Of a stretch of 64,000 nucleotides of DNA, positions 39,226-53,572 are shown one piece after another (position 1 is the stretch's first letter; each line of letters starts with the position of its first letter). This DNA is from Antedon mediterranea (Eukaryota; Animalia; Echinodermata). The position numbers were made by a program, and so were the translations under genes. The stretch is taken from NCBI RefSeq assembly GCF_964355755.1, contig NC_092672.1, forward strand, positions 34,106,437 to 34,170,436, given 5' to 3'. The notes beneath the pieces were generated by a model. It was not told the DNA's origin and ran no database searches. It was given only the letters and a program-made list of their open reading frames with translations.

Positions 39226-42200
39226 TTACTCAGTACTTGGTCCTGGTGGTTGAGGGGGTGGTACGCCTGAACCGAAACCAAGTCCAAAGCTGCGTTGAGT
39301 ATGAGTCTTAATACGTGCAACCTGGTATTCTTGATCGAGTTGACTAAACAGTTTTTCTCTCTCACTTTCTTGTTCCAGTACTTCTGCAATATTACAAAAA
39401 AAAAGAATTTTTGTTTTTACGTGTTCATAAATTATGGTGATATAAGGTTTGCGGTACACCACATATATATTTAGTTCTGCAAGAACTGTTGAGGTTCTCA
39501 ACGTTTTGATCAATAAACTTTGATCATCCTCAGGAATGGTGAAATATACATGGTGTACCGCAAAGCTTACATCAACAGTTGATTTCGCCATGCAAACCTT
39601 CAAACAATATATTCTTAAATTATCTTTTTAAAAGGTTAAATTTGGTGGAAATATCTGTTCCTTTATCTGAATTTACTTTACATTATTATTCACGATATCA
39701 AACGCATTGTCAACAAGCATAATTGATTTATGAATAGGGGGAGCATCCTTCCAAATGTCAAAACAACTTACCTGCATCTTGCGGATCAGCAGAATCTGCT
39801 TTAATACCCATCAAACGTCTAAACTTCTCTTTTGTAGCTGCATCTCCAAATGATGTCTTCTCCCATTTGTTACTAGATGTTGTTGTTGCTGCTGTTATCT
39901 CCTCAGTTTCCTATAACAACACATGAGTTCTATTTGTTAGCTTAGCTACCGTATATTTCGGTGTATAAGTCGCACTTTTGACACGCAAATTTGACCTCTA
40001 AATTAAGGGTGCGTCTTATACACCGAACATAAATGCCTCACCACACAGATTGTACATAGGCCTAAGGCTAGGCCTAGGCTATCGTCACCTCGTTTGCTAG
40101 GCCTGAGTAGGCTAGGCCTAGCTAAAGTAACTAACTAACGTAACGGCAACCTGCTTCTGCCTAGTTTTCAAGGCATTTTAGCATGATGTTATACTAAAAA
40201 TATGATGAAAAGATTTGTTCATTATGGCGATTAAATTTCATTTGTAAACGTTTACGTCGTACGATTGGAATAGTATTTATTTATACAGTAGTTGTACGCA
40301 CGATCGCCGTACCCCCAGCGCAAGCCCTTGGCGGCCACATGGTGTACGGTATTCGACTAGTATATTCTCCAGGTGATTATAGCATGGACCTAGCGTACAC
40401 ACTTCTCGGATACATAGATACTAATCGAATACGATTGTCCGTGAAAACGTCTGCCCTCTCGAAATGATCGAGCGAGGCTAGCCCACATATACGTGTTACA
40501 CACATGGTCATGCACTCGATGTTGCGGCTGTTGAGGCTAGGCGCGGCCGAGCCTAGGTAAGAAAAAACCTAAATAAAGGACGCCGTTGCAGATATAACAA
40601 AATATATTATTACAATAATACTGATTACAATTTAAAAAAACATTGTTTTGATGAAATATAAGGTGCGTCTTATACACCGACGATATAAAAAATACCGATA
40701 TTTTACTCTCAGTTAGGGGGTGCATCTTATACACAGGTGCGACTTATACACCAAAATATCTAAAGCGCTATCTACATGTGATGTGCCCATATATGGACAT
40801 GATGATGTTATATCACTACATATTTGGGCATATCACTACATATTTGGGCATATCACTACCATATTTGGACATATCACTACCATAATTGGGCATATCACTA
40901 CCATATTTGAGCACATCACACTTTTTTTGTCAAACTAGTTTGCTAGGCTCGCACTGGCCGATCGCCAAGTCGCCATGGGCGAAAACGTTTCTAGATTGGC
41001 GAAAACGTTTCTAGATTGGCGAAAAATAAAACGGCTACTTTAGCCATTTTGGCGATGACATATGATAAAATAGATTTAAATAATCATTTTGGCGAAAGCA
41101 TAAAGTCCAACTAAAAGGTCCATTTGTCGATCTCCAAGCATTTATTTTGTATGTTATCACGTTGTTTACTTCAATTCAAGCTCCATTTTTCGTCAACTTG
41201 TTTCGTTGTACCAGGCGTCTCTTGTTATTTCAAAAAGATGGAGATAGCAGAGGTAGACTGCACAGAGAGACAGACGTTACACGACACGTGGATGATGAAG
41301 TCTACCCAAACTATCACGTGTTGTGCGCTGCACAAACGATCAACTACGTAGCCGACGGTCGGCTAATTACCGGGATTGTCTATTTTTCGATAGGGGTGTA
41401 CTTTTCAGATTAAAAAGAAACATTATAGTAGTATCTTCGATGAATGACATCTTAATCTTATCGAAATCAAAAATGTATGCGTTATGCATTTTAGAGTCTT
41501 CCAATTTAATGTAGTTTCATATTTTAGCCTTAATAAACTTCCCTCGTGCGTCAGTGTAAACAAAACAACATGCGGGAAATGGTAGAGTCTAACAGGGATT
41601 TAGCTGAACACACACATGCATCTGAGCGGGGCCGGCCGCCGGCTTCTGTTTTGTTGTGTAAAATTAATAATAATCGGATAAATTTCTCGCCCTGGCAGAA
41701 ACGCTTCGGCGCAGCCTTGAGGGATGCTTTGGCCTATATTATCTTACGTTTAACAACGATACGAGTGTTCGTTTGCTAGGAATTTCCCTCAATATTTTTA
41801 GCATACGATATACCGTTGCGTTGTTGTACATAATTTTGTAGGCCTAGACGGGCGGTTCTGCACTTTCGCACCTCTTGAGCATACCCAATTTAAAAACATT
41901 AACCGGCTCATTCTGAGTGATTCTAGGACACGATTTTCGCCTGGTACGCCACAAGCCGTCAGGGGATTTCAGAAAACTGTAAAATGTTTCTTATTAAATT
42001 GATAACTGCATAAATGCTGTATGATTAAAAACAATTTGAACAATTGTTTTGATCATGTAAAAAAAAATACAAAAAAAAATATTTTTTTTAATCATACAGT
42101 GATATAGGCATGGTTCTTTATCTCAATGCCTTACAAAAATGTTCAGGGAACAGTGTATAGACCTGTTGACATAGATAAATTGACTAAAATGTTTTTACCA

Positions 42201-45200
42201 CTATATTTCAAAAATTTAAATTTTGGCTATAAACCGATTCATTTGGCTAAATAAAAAAATTTGACTTTAGCCATTTTGGCTATAGATAAACTGATTTGAC
42301 TAAAAAAAATATTTTGACTTTCGCCAAATGGCTAAACAAAATGAAATGTTAGTGCTACCCCAGGTTTGATAGTGTAGACAAAGCTTAAAACCATCAAGTA
42401 AACTACAACAAACAAGGGCAGCATTGTTCGAAGGTTTCTAAAAAAAAAATGTATTTTTGGGCAAACTGTTTCTCCATTCTGTATTGAACTAAAAAACCAT
42501 TATTACTTTAAAACCTAAAGCTCTGTCTACACTATCAGACCAGAAAAGTGTGATGTGCCCAAATATAGTAGTGATATTCTTTCTGTCACAAAGTTAATAG
42601 TGTAGACAGAGCTTAACACAGGTAGACACATTATTTATATCTATTGATGTTACAATTATTATACAGAGATGATTCGAATAAGTCTAAACAAAGTGATATA
42701 AACAAAGTGATATAGATATTTAATTACCTCAGGAACTGGGACCTTCTTGGATGACCAGAGTAGCTGTCGTTTCTTTGCCTTTGCTGCATACTGCAATGGG
42801 TTCACTGCCATGGGATTATAATAGCTGGGTACAGCTATACCAGTTGTTGCCAACGCCTATGGGAAAGGTATAAACAATTTGATGTATTTTTGTCTAAATA
42901 CGCAAAAGGTCATATTTTTAATATATATGTGAACTTTTATTCAATCAATCGTACATTTTTTTGGTATTATAATGGCAGCATAATAATGTATATTTACAGT
43001 AATTTTTCCAAAAAAACAAAAAAAAATAAATATTAATTATAAAATATATAGTATATAAGGAGCTTGCAATGACCTAGGAACTAGTTGGGTCATGTTAAAG
43101 CCACTAGATCTTTTTCCATCTTTGAACGATTAGATATGTGATAAATAAGCCGATTCTAACAATTTAAGCTGCCCGCTATAAATACCAAAATGCATCGCGA
43201 GCGGATTGTTATTTCCAAATTTCAAAGGACCCCCTTTCGATCGATGTTTGAATGTTACCGCTGCTTAGCCTAAGACTGTCCACAAGAGGACTTTCGACGC
43301 AAGCTACTTAGGTAGTGCATTGTTTCTTTCTTTGTATCATAATTAACCATAAAAAGTACATTTAAGACAAGGAATAACCTGGTTTAATGTTTTTAAAATA
43401 ACATATATGCAAAATTTTACAAAACGTCAAAAATTGTAGGTCTAATGTCTTTTTATTGATTGAAATATATATTTATACTGGGTAACCTCTTCAGTCAAAG
43501 ACTGGTCTCCCAGAGGGCACAGTGGGTGATCAGTGGCTGTGATGTACTAATACACCGGGGTAACCCCCTACTCGTCTCGAAAGATGTACTAGGTTCTTTA
43601 AAGTGCACACGAGCAAGTTGTGTACACTGGACCTACGGTTTATAGTCCTTATCCGAGAAGACTCGTTCTACCACCAGAACCATGGAGTGAGTGAGCCTCA
43701 AACCCCTGCCGATGTTATGGCTACGTGATTACGGTTCCACTGTCTTAACCGCTCGGCCACTCACCCACCCTTAATTAATTGTGCGCATAAGGGGGATTGT
43801 TTTCAATTATAATATTCTTCTTACCTTAGCTTGTAATTCAGCATAAGCTGCCTGGAATGCTACCTGGGCATTGGCACCGGTCATTGCATGAGCTGAAAGT
43901 GCTTTGGCAATGTCATCTGCACCTAAAATATAACAAATTGCCTTTATTGAATTTGATTGTTCATTTGAAGAAAACAAATATGAATAATTTCTGGTTTAGA
44001 AAGAATTACCAGAATTCAGATGTTTGGTTTTGGCTTGGTTTCCACTTGGATGCAGTGCAAGTACATAAGCCTACTGCAAGTAATTTGAACAATCATGATG
44101 CAAGGAATCATCCCAACTGCCGCTTGTGATTGGTCACCTTACTTGCATTGCACGTAAGTTGTTGTGTTGAGTGCAAAGCTTTCATGAGAATTGTATTTTT
44201 ACGACTTAAAACATCTAAACATTATCCCAACTTACTAGTTTGAAGAAAAAGGTGTGATATACCCAAATATGGTAACGATATGCCCAAATATGGTAGTGAT
44301 GAAATCATCATGTCCATATATGGGTCCATCACATTTTTTGTAACATAGTGTAAACAAGGCTTGAAGATCTTACTTTTCTTTGGTTCATTTGCAGCAGACT
44401 CTTCTAATTCCTTCCTTTTCTGATCTTGCATCTTTTTAGCTTTCTCTAATCGTCTTGCTAAGGCTTCTTGAGCATGAATTGCAGAGTCATAACCACCTCG
44501 ACGTCCACCACCACCACCACCACGACCACTAAATGGTGATTTTGAGCTGAAAAACACAAGAATTTAAATAGTTACTGATAAGATTTTTATCAAGATTTAT
44601 AATGCAGATTATAAAACTAGACTTAATTACTTAAGCTCTGTGTACACTATCAAACTAATTTGACAAAAGGTGTGATGTGCCCAAAAATGGTAGTCATATT
44701 CCTAAATATTTTAGTGATATGACATCATCATGTCCATATATGGACAACACATTTTTTTCAATTGTCACATAAAATTTGATAGTGTAGACAGAGCTAAATA
44801 CAAATGTTAAATTGTTCAATTGTACACCAAGGTAATACACTGTGACTTACCGTGAGCGTCTGTCACGGTGTGGTCTAGGGGAGCGTGAACGTCTACGTCT
44901 GTCATCGCGTCTTTTTCGCTTTGGCGACCTTGAATGAGATCGTCGATATCGTCTCTTTCCTGGAGATCTAGATCGTGACTTCCGACGCGGCGATCTAGAC
45001 CGTGAATGTTTCTTGGGTGTTCTGGACCGTGACGATCGCAATCGATGACGTTTCTTGGGTGAACTCGACCGAGAGTTACGACGAGGTGGCGATTGGGATG
45101 GTGATCGCCTTCTCCCTTTTCGTTTTGGTGATATTGAATCTCTTTCTCGCCTATTCTTCACTTTTGCTCGTTCACGTGAAGGGCTCCTCGATGAATCGCT

Positions 45201-48200
45201 GTTTTCATCAGATGAAATTGGTTTCTTAGGACTATCAAGCAATGGCGATTGCTTCTTCTCAACCTTGCTGTCTATTGATGACGTTCTGGCCTGTGTTGGG
45301 AGAAACGGTGCGCTTTCAGAAAAATATCCAACAAAATGTGTTAGAACATTTGAATATGATGACACATATAATAGAAATATCCCTTAGTACAAATATACTT
45401 TATTGTATATTTCATGGCTGGACAGAGCAGGGGCGGATTCAAGGGGAGGGGGAGGGCCAATCAGCCTGGGGCCCCCTCTAAATTTCACAAATTGTAATGT
45501 AAAAGATAGGACATCAAATTAAGTTCAATTTCTAAAAAAGTTCTATTTCACTGCTTTTAAGGCCCCCCCCCCCCACCCACCCCTATTTAAAAATCATGGA
45601 TCCGCCACTGCAGTGTGGAACTTCAACACACATATATATCTTCCAATTTAAAGCGTATTTTTTAGAGGAATTTAGTTTTAGTGGTTTTGGTAATTGAATT
45701 GAATTGAAATTTATATTTATACTGGGTAACCTCTTCAGTCAAAGACTGGTCTCCCAGAGGGCCCAGTTGGTGATCAGTGGCTGTGATGTACTAATACACC
45801 GGGGTAACCCCCTACTCGTCTCGAAAGATGTACTAGGTTCTTTAAAGTGCACACGAGCTAGATGTGTACACTGGACCTACGGTTTATAGTCCTTATCCGA
45901 GAAGAATCGGAATATCTATAAACTGAAAGTAATTGAAAGGAATGGATATATAATTTTAAGGTAAAAAGTTAAATCTGTATTAAAATTTAACATTTTACCA
46001 AAACATAAACTCTATTAACTACACCTATTAAATTTATTTAGATAATCAAACTGTTGGGAAAGTAGTATTATGGATAACACACTCGAAAAATAGAGAAAAA
46101 AAGTACTAGTGCATACTATTGCACGCCTTGTGACCCACAATCGTCAAATTAAATGACAAGAATAATATATATTACGTCATGGAGGAAATATTTATATATT
46201 TTCTCCGTGATATGTATGACATGTTCTGCTTGCACATTTTGTATTGAAATGTGTAAAGCATTCTTCTAATCTTACCTTGGCAGGAGACACGCTCCTTTTT
46301 CGACTGCTCAAGTCTCTACCGAATTCATCGACCATTGGTCGACTTGATTTTCTTCTTGACGAATGCTGTATCATTTTTACAGTAAATACGTTATTAAAAT
46401 TTGCTTATAAATTTAAAGGCATTCTATAGCACTGTTTTGTTTGATAAAATGTACTGTATTGTTAGACAAGGTAGACTGCTTTGACAAAGCAATATGGCGT
46501 AATACAGTATGTAGCTCTGATCAGCATTTGGATAGCTTTAGACTACTACACCAAATGTACAGTATAACAAATTAAAGTGCTCATGCAAACTATAGCAAAA
46601 CTGGCATGATAAATCATTACTAACATCTTTAACCTAATCCATGTCAAGCTACTAAATTTAGATGTGGAATGGCTGTAGAAATATTGATACATATAAAATT
46701 GATGTAAAGCAACAAACCTCTGGTCACTTACCTCATTACTGCCACTTCTATATTTGCGTCTTCTCTCTTCAGAAAAAAAAAATTAAAATAACTGTAATTA
46801 TTCTCTTTGAAAGCTTTGCTAAAAGAGTGTTGGGAATGCAAAAGCATGTTCTTTCATTTAAATTCTAAGTTTTTCACGACTGTAGACTAGATTGAATAAC
46901 GTGGCCTTTACTTGATTCATGACATTGTTAATGAGCTCATATTAATATTGTAATATGTTATAGAGGCTCCTCAAGACTAAGCCTTGTAAGGAACATCTGA
47001 GTGAAATTGAATTTAAATTTTCAGGTATTTGAATTTCATTTGTAATGCGATGTTTTTTTTTCAGAATAAATTCAGAGTGCTAACAAATTATTACAAAATA
47101 AAACTTCAAAAATATTAACCATGTGATCTAGAACGCCTTTTTCTTTTCCTTGATCTTGACCTCCGCCTACGAGAACCCTTCGATCTTGACCGAGACCGAC
47201 GTCTTGATGACTTTATACGCGACCCTGATCTGGAGCGACGTCTGGAGGTTCCTTTAGATCTGGACCTTCTTCCTCTTGACCGTGACCTACGTCCTTTTGA
47301 TCTAGACCGATTGCTTCGTGACTTATGAACCTTCTCACGTGACTTTGATCTAGAAATTCTTGATCGTGATCGTCCTTCACGTGACCTGGACCGTTTACTC
47401 CTAGATGGTGACCGTTTCTTTGGACTTTTTCGTTCTATTGATCTGGAGCAACTGCGAGACCTTGATTGGTATTCTTTTGATGGTGATCTATACTCCGTAG
47501 CTTCAGACGTCACAGTTGCAAGCGGTTCATTTAGATTCTCTTTTATTTCAGGCATTTCTTCTTCATTTAAGAAAGGGATACGACATTCCTTATCAATTGG
47601 GAAACTATTTTCAGGTGTCGGATCTGTTGGGTTATACAAATTGTTAAAATCGACAGTATTAGTTTGTTCAATATTTGTCAACACAGGCGCAGCTGAATAT
47701 GCTTCTGCGACAGTTTCAAGTTTGCTTGTTCCTGGCATATCAACCTCTGTTCCATTTGTTTCCTGTGCTTTCATATAATGTTCCGCTTCATCCTTGGGCG
47801 GAGGGGAGTCAGAACGACTTAGTAGAGGAGGTGAATCATAATTTCCATCATTTGGTTTTGTAAAACTAGTATATTCTTCTCTAGAAACAAGTCTAGGGGG
47901 TGAGGGGTAAACGTCTATTTTATCTAGGCCTAGGCCGGATTTCATGTGTTCTCCTGGTCGTTGAATTCCATACTCAAAGCTTCTCTTATAAAGGTTCTAA
48001 AAGAATGATTGAAAAAAACATAAAAATTGCAGATTCAAGAATGTTTTAATATAAAATATCACTTTAAATTACTAAGCAGTATTCATTTCAGTCATTGGTA
48101 GCTACCATGTCTACTAATACAAGTACCAAGCATAGCTAGCTTACTGGATCCCTTCACCTCTGCCTCCTAACTTACTACCCTCAAGCCTAGCCTGTCTAGG

Positions 48201-48467
48201 ACACAATGCCAGCGCGTGCTGCTTTTCCTTTTTTTTTTACAATACATCACCATATCTAGGCCTATAGTAGGCCTAGCCTAGTACGAAGATTTTCTCTCCT
48301 AAAATGGTTAAATAAAGGCTGTTAAGGCATAGTTTGACTAACAATTTAAAACATATCTACAATATATATTGTGTACACATATTTTAGGCACGAAATTATA
48401 CCTCTTGAGCACGTAAATCCGCACTTATTTCACTGGAATCGCTGTCGTAGGACGCCAGACCGTCCAT
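39226..48467 (-). CDS. RSRC2: Arginine/serine-rich coiled-coil protein 2, ~734 aa
   Basis: Exons 48467-48402, 47996-47120, 46766-46732, 46365-46276, 45290-44851, 44546-44374, 43922-43825, 42856-42728, 39910-39772, 39383-39226 (2205 nt, in frame). RS domains plus RSRC2 hallmarks ALARRLEKAKK, TGIAVPSYYNP.AVNP, KFRRLMGIK, LDQEYQVARIKTHTQRSFGLGF. Confidence 0.9.
39949..40760. mobile_element. Tc1/mariner (pogo/Tc2-like) non-autonomous element
   Basis: TA|CCGTATATTTCGGTGTATAAGTCGCAC at the left end, inverted GTGCGACTTATACACCAAAATAT at the right end (last bases lost next to a Harbinger MITE), internal GGTGCGTCTTATACACCGA repeats. Confidence 0.65.
40944..42362. mobile_element. hAT-like non-autonomous element nested in a Harbinger MITE
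   Basis: The MITE sequence CAAACTAGTTTG stops at 40942 and resumes GTTTGATAGTGTAGACA at 42364. Short imperfect TIRs (TAGGCTCGCACT / AGTGCTACCCCA), degenerate ~8-bp duplication, subterminal TGGCGA/TTAGCCA motifs at both ends. Confidence 0.55.
43455..43770 (-). mobile_element. tRNA-derived SINE with Deu/Nin-type central domain
   Basis: Minus-strand head GGGTGGGTGAGTGGCCGAGCGGTTAAGAC (A box). Core CTCGGATAAGGACTATAAACCGTAGGTCC...TTAAAGAACC...GAGTAGGGGGTTACCCCGGTGT resembles the Deu/Nin domain. Confidence 0.7.
45428..45610. mobile_element. Short hAT-like MITE
   Basis: CAGGGGCGGATTCA ... TGGATCCGCCACTG inverted ends. No clear TSD. Confidence 0.45.
45692..45905 (-). mobile_element. 5'-truncated copy of the Deu/Nin-type SINE
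   Basis: Near-identical to 43460-43660, with a (TTCAA)n tail. Confidence 0.75.
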
Positions 48468-49590
48468 GTTTTGTTGCTTGATGCCCGGATGTTGAGATGT
48501 AGCTGCTGGTGGTTGATTTTCACAGTGAAAAGTGCTCAAAGAAAATTATGGTTTTTAGTGTCTCAACTCTCTAAAATATTAATTTAGTGGTTCCGTTTAG
48601 GCCTCTAGGTCCCCATAGAGTCGAGTCCATTCGGACCATTCTATAATGAAATCGGCATTAACATTCAGTAAAATTATTAATTCTTCTTAATTTTAGGCCT
48701 GCCCTTTATATTACGGAATGATAATGTGTGTGTCCTTATTTTGGCTATTGATAAATAAACTGATGCTATATCTTTTTATCATCGCCATAGAAACGTATTA
48801 TTAATAATTAATGTTGAAAGTTGATGCCTTCAATGAGAAAATATGTATGATTTATACTCTATAGTAAAAAATGTTGCAGCAGGCCTATTAAAAGCATACA
48901 AACAATATTATTAAATTATTGTAGATAGTTTCCCGGATCCAAAATTCCTATAAAGCCTATTTGAATTTAGGAGTCAAGTTCAATCTTTTATGTCGGTCAC
49001 TGATGGTACTAATGTATTATACTATTAGTCACGTACAGCGCGTCATTAAAAAAATGTTATACTCATGACGTCACACTTGATACCAGCATTATATTCAAAA
49101 TGCAACATATACATTATTGTATAGTTTCATCGTAGTTTCTATACCGATAGGAAATGAAATGTTGCCGCGATCATAAATACATCCATGACAAAAAATCGAA
49201 AATGCAAATTTGAATTACTTATGCTTGAAATATACACTAATAAATATTGATTATACTGAGATATTTCCTAGAGATGGGATCGATTCGAGTTTTTACTTAA
49301 CATTTGGCATTTGTAGGCTATACTGTATGTTTTAAAAACCAAGTACCTATATTTTTTAATTTAAACTTTAAAAATATTTTAATAGCGTAACTCTTTATAG
49401 AGGGCAGTAATATCATAATATCATACCGCAATCAGATATCAGATAACATTATTGTATTAAAATCGGAGCGTGCACACACCACTTATAACATTCTGTTTCA
49501 ATCGCCACTCAGATTCAGGTCAGACGTTCGTCGGAGTGATTCCACATCTAGTCTTCCATACTCATCAACAGATCAACCAAAAACTCAAGC

Positions 49591-52500
49591 ATGCCATCTG
49601 CGGATAAATTTGTCGGTGTTTATGGACTCCATAAGAGTGAGAATTTTGATGAATACATGAAGGCACTTGGTAAGATGAGTTTTATTTTGATGTGTAGGCC
49701 TAAACATGAGATAAACTGTGTGTCTGGAACCTGTGAGCTAGTAGTGTTCTCCTGAAAGTCGTAGTATTGTCATGATATCAATGGTCACTCCTTAATATTT
49801 TTTAAAATTAGGCACAGCCTATAATATACGACCTTCATCTGTTCGGTAATATGAATTCTATTCAATGACATCTATGATTATAATTGGGAATTTATTTCTA
49901 TAGGTTTAGTATATCATTTAAAACAAAAGAAGTTGGATGTTTTATTTAAACGGACCCCTAGAGAGAAATGACCTCTTAACAATATTATATGTAAAATGCA
50001 GTATTTTTGTATAGGCCTATGCCTACTCTTCTTTGAATCATGTTTTTGCGGATGATACTACCATTGTAGGTCTATGATGACAGTGATGAGTCTAATTATC
50101 GCAACCAAGTTAAACGAGTTGTAGACTGGTGTAACGAAAACAATCTGTTCTTGAATGTATCTAAGACTAAAGAAATGGTTGTTGATTTCCGTAAATCACT
50201 TAATGTCAAATATCCAATATTTATTAATGGTATATCAGTTGAGTTTGTAGAAGAATTTAAATTCTTGGGTATTTATATTTCAAATGATCTGAAGTGGCAT
50301 ATTAACACACGTAACATTATTAGAAAGGCCCAAAGAAGAATCTACTTCCTACGTAGACTTAAATCATTTGGTATAAACTCTGTAATAATGTCGTCCTTCT
50401 ATAGGTCAGTTATAGAGAGTGTAATAACGTATTCTTTAACGGTATGGTTCGGTAGCGCTACCGAAAATGAAAAGCGTGACCTAAATAGAATAGTCAAGAC
50501 CGCATCGCGTATAATTGGATCTACACAACTGCCTTTGGAGAACATATTTTCGGATCGTCTTCTGAAAAAGGCAGTGGCTATCAAAGATGATCATTTTCAT
50601 CCGGCCTCTAGTATGTTCCAGTTGATGCGCAGCGGTCGGCGATTTCGTTCTATTAAGGCCAATAAGGCACGATTTACAAATAGTTTCTTTCCAGGATCTA
50701 TTAGAGCCTTAAATATGATGTAGACTTTTTTTTGTAATGTTCTTGTTTTTTGAGTTCGTGTTGTGTCCGTTGGATATTGTGCTCCGCCAACAGAGCAAAC
50801 AGAATTTCTATGTTTTTCCTAAAACAAATGATAATAAATGATACTTGACTTGACTTGACTTGACTAAAACGTGGCATTTAGTAATAGATTGTAACGCCAG
50901 AGGCGATTAAATGTTATTGAAGTTTAATTTAAAACAAATGTCAATCCATTTAGCCATGAACCTAATCTTGTTCAGCATGAAATAGATTAAACTTCCGAAA
51001 GATTCGAGACACGCGCCGCGCCTAAAATTGTTTTAAAAATCCAGCATTTGTGTCTATATAATGTTTCCTGTTTCTTTCGTTGTGCGCGTAAGAAAAATTT
51101 ACACAGACGAGCGGTAGGCCTATACAATAAGCGGAAAACCGCGTAGCTTGTCCTGACGTAAAATATATCCTGAGCGGAAATCGCACGTCCGCTCCGCGTT
51201 GTGTGTAAATGTTCATAAATGAATAACATAGATTCTACCATTTTATTACCGTTAATAGATCGACCGTTTGTCTTAATGTGAAAAATAGAATTTCACCTCC
51301 TTGATCATTCATCCGTTTACTCACGCACCGTGCATTTCCTCGTATAGGCTATTAATTTACTCGTTCGTTCAAATTGTACCATGATGGAGATCTCACTGAC
51401 TGTACATCTTTGGCCTAGATACTTGATCAATGACTTAACATTTCGTTTCAGGGGTTGGTATGATATTACGTAATCTTGGTAACACAGCAAAACCTACATT
51501 AACTGTAACTGCAAATGGGGACTCACTTAAGTTTTTCTCTCAGACGACACTCAAAAATACTACAATAGAATTTACTATTGGCAAAGAGGCTGAATCATCG
51601 ACTATGGATGGACGAAAAATCAAGGTACAGTAGAAATCCTACTCCCAATTGAGGAGACACCGTGTGACCCAGGACAGTGCCCACTGGGAGATGTTTCCGC
51701 CCTTAAATTGCGGTTGGCCTATGTTAAACTTATATTGTCATTCGTTCAAGGATGGTAAAGTTTCCCCTTCTTGATAGGGGTCTTCCCTAGTCGAACGTCT
51801 CTCCAAACAATCAAACAAGCCTCCTTCTTCCACTTAATATTATCGACCACATTTAATGTCCCGGATGTGTATAATTTCACGCAATTACCCGGTAAAGTCG
51901 AAACCTAAGCTAATGCTAACGGCCGTGGTGCCCATCTCCATTTCCTTAGCGTTTGGGCCAGACTCCACTAAGTGTGTATGTTTGTGGGGGGTACGCCACT
52001 CCTCCCGCACAAACGAGTCTGATTTACCTTCCCAGTACTTTTCACATACCCATTTCTATCACCTGGGTGGGGAGGAACAATGTGGATAAAGAATCTTGCT
52101 CAAGGACTCAACACTGCAGTGACCGAGCCGGGGCTTGAACCGACAACCTCTTGATTGCAAGTCCAATGCTCTAACCACTGCGCCACAGTGCTCCAATTAC
52201 CCGGTGAACACATATCTATCTATTTGACTAAACATTAATTGATCTAAATCCGTTCAGAGCTCAAGCTACACAAACATGTGAGGTTGTACTAATCTCTGCA
52301 GACAAGACAAGAACATACATGGGTTGTTTATTTTATCTACGATAATCGATATAATAATATCGTACGAGAATCGGGTGTAAATTGTGTCGTGTCATGTTCT
52401 TGATTAATTAAATCGTGATTGAAACCTGGACCAATTACACTCTAAAAGTGCAACATGGAGACGACCACCGTTTAAGAATAGGGAAAATCACAATATAATA

Positions 52501-53572
52501 AGTGAGAGAAAAATGTCCACATCCTGTACAGCTGAAATGCACATTTAGCAAAAATGATAACATATTTCTTGTTATGTTTTTTTTTATATTAAAGTCAACA
52601 GTCGTATGGGATGGTGAGAAATTAAAAGAAGTTCAAGTATCTGTAGATGGAAAAGGAAAGACGACAACGATTGAAAGAGAAATGAACGATGAAGGGGATT
52701 TGGTTATTGTAAGTTTGCATTCTGAACACTGTTAAATGCCTTAAGCTTGGTTCCCACTTACTAGGACGTACGCAAGGACATAGTAGACGCAACGCAAGCT
52801 AATTGACCAATGACAAGCGACAGTTCGAATCATCCATCGCTTGTGATTGGTCAAATCACTTGCGCTTGCGTCTTTGCGTTGCGTCCTAGGTGGGAACTAA
52901 GCTTAGGCCTACTGTCAATTCAATCATCACATGATCGTCACGTGACTGTTAAATATCCTTATAATTATGTCTATACGATACGTGCAATGTTGAGCAAATA
53001 TAGCGAATTTCCATAATAATTTATGATTTAAAAAAATACATCCCTCCAGACAATTAAAGGTGTTTCCTTATTATATTTAACGGGCCTTTTAATGACATCA
53101 CAAACAAAAAACGATATCCCTCACATATATAATAAAACATTTTCTCGTAATTTTTGTTTGTGATATTGGATTGGGACTTTATCTTTTGGGTATATGTTGT
53201 GCATTGCATGTTTAACGACAACGCCCACTGACCCATATTACATCGGTCCGATCATGTGACAATACGGGCCTTCACAACTAATCAAGATAAACCTTTACTG
53301 AACAACAGTTAACTGTCAATTTGATAATTATTCTAAATTTAACCTATGTTTCATAAGGTTCAAGTGTCGGTATAACTTGTTTTAATCAAACTCCCAGGGT
53401 CCTATTATCGAGATTACTTGATTATTCTCGTCTATCTCTTTCAGGTGTCTCTCATACAAGATTAATACGATGTCATAGTTGTGTTGATTGATAATTTTGA
53501 TATTTTTATTTATTTTATTAGACATGTACAGTCGATAATATCGTCGGTGTACGAGTGTACAGGAAGAAGTAG
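49591..53572 (+). CDS. FABP: Fatty acid-binding protein (iLBP family), 138 aa
   Basis: Canonical 4-exon FABP layout: 49591-49669, 51452-51624, 52595-52708, 53522-53572. MPSADKFVGVYGLHKSENFDEYMKALGVG...TTLKNTTIEFTIGKE...TMDGRKIK...GVRVYRKK. Confidence 0.93.
50040..50865 (+). mobile_element. 5'-truncated non-LTR retrotransposon (Rex1/Babar-like) in FABP intron 1
   Basis: RT motif FADDTTIVGL followed by a frame break, then ORF 50151-50723 (LNVSKTKEMVVDFRK, FKFLGIYIS, KAQRRIYFLRRL, HPASSMF, RF.NSFFP), AATAAA and a (TGACT)n tail. Confidence 0.9.
51894..52194 (-). mobile_element. Full-length tRNA-derived SINE (MetaSINE/V-like core) with TSD
   Basis: Minus head GGAGCACTGTGGCGCAGTGGTTAGAGC...GGTTCAAGCCC, core GTCCTTGAGCAAGA...CCACCCAGGTG..AAATGGGTA, flanking direct repeat AATTACCCGGT (51883-51893, 52195-52205). 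Confidence 0.8.

Noticed and set aside
45002-47863. Plus-strand ORFs opposite the RSRC2 RS exons
   Set aside because: Antisense shadows of low-complexity coding sequence.
52120-52194. tRNA gene
   Set aside because: The tRNA-like head continues into a SINE body bounded by TSDs and has no proper acceptor stem. The same applies at 43690-43770.
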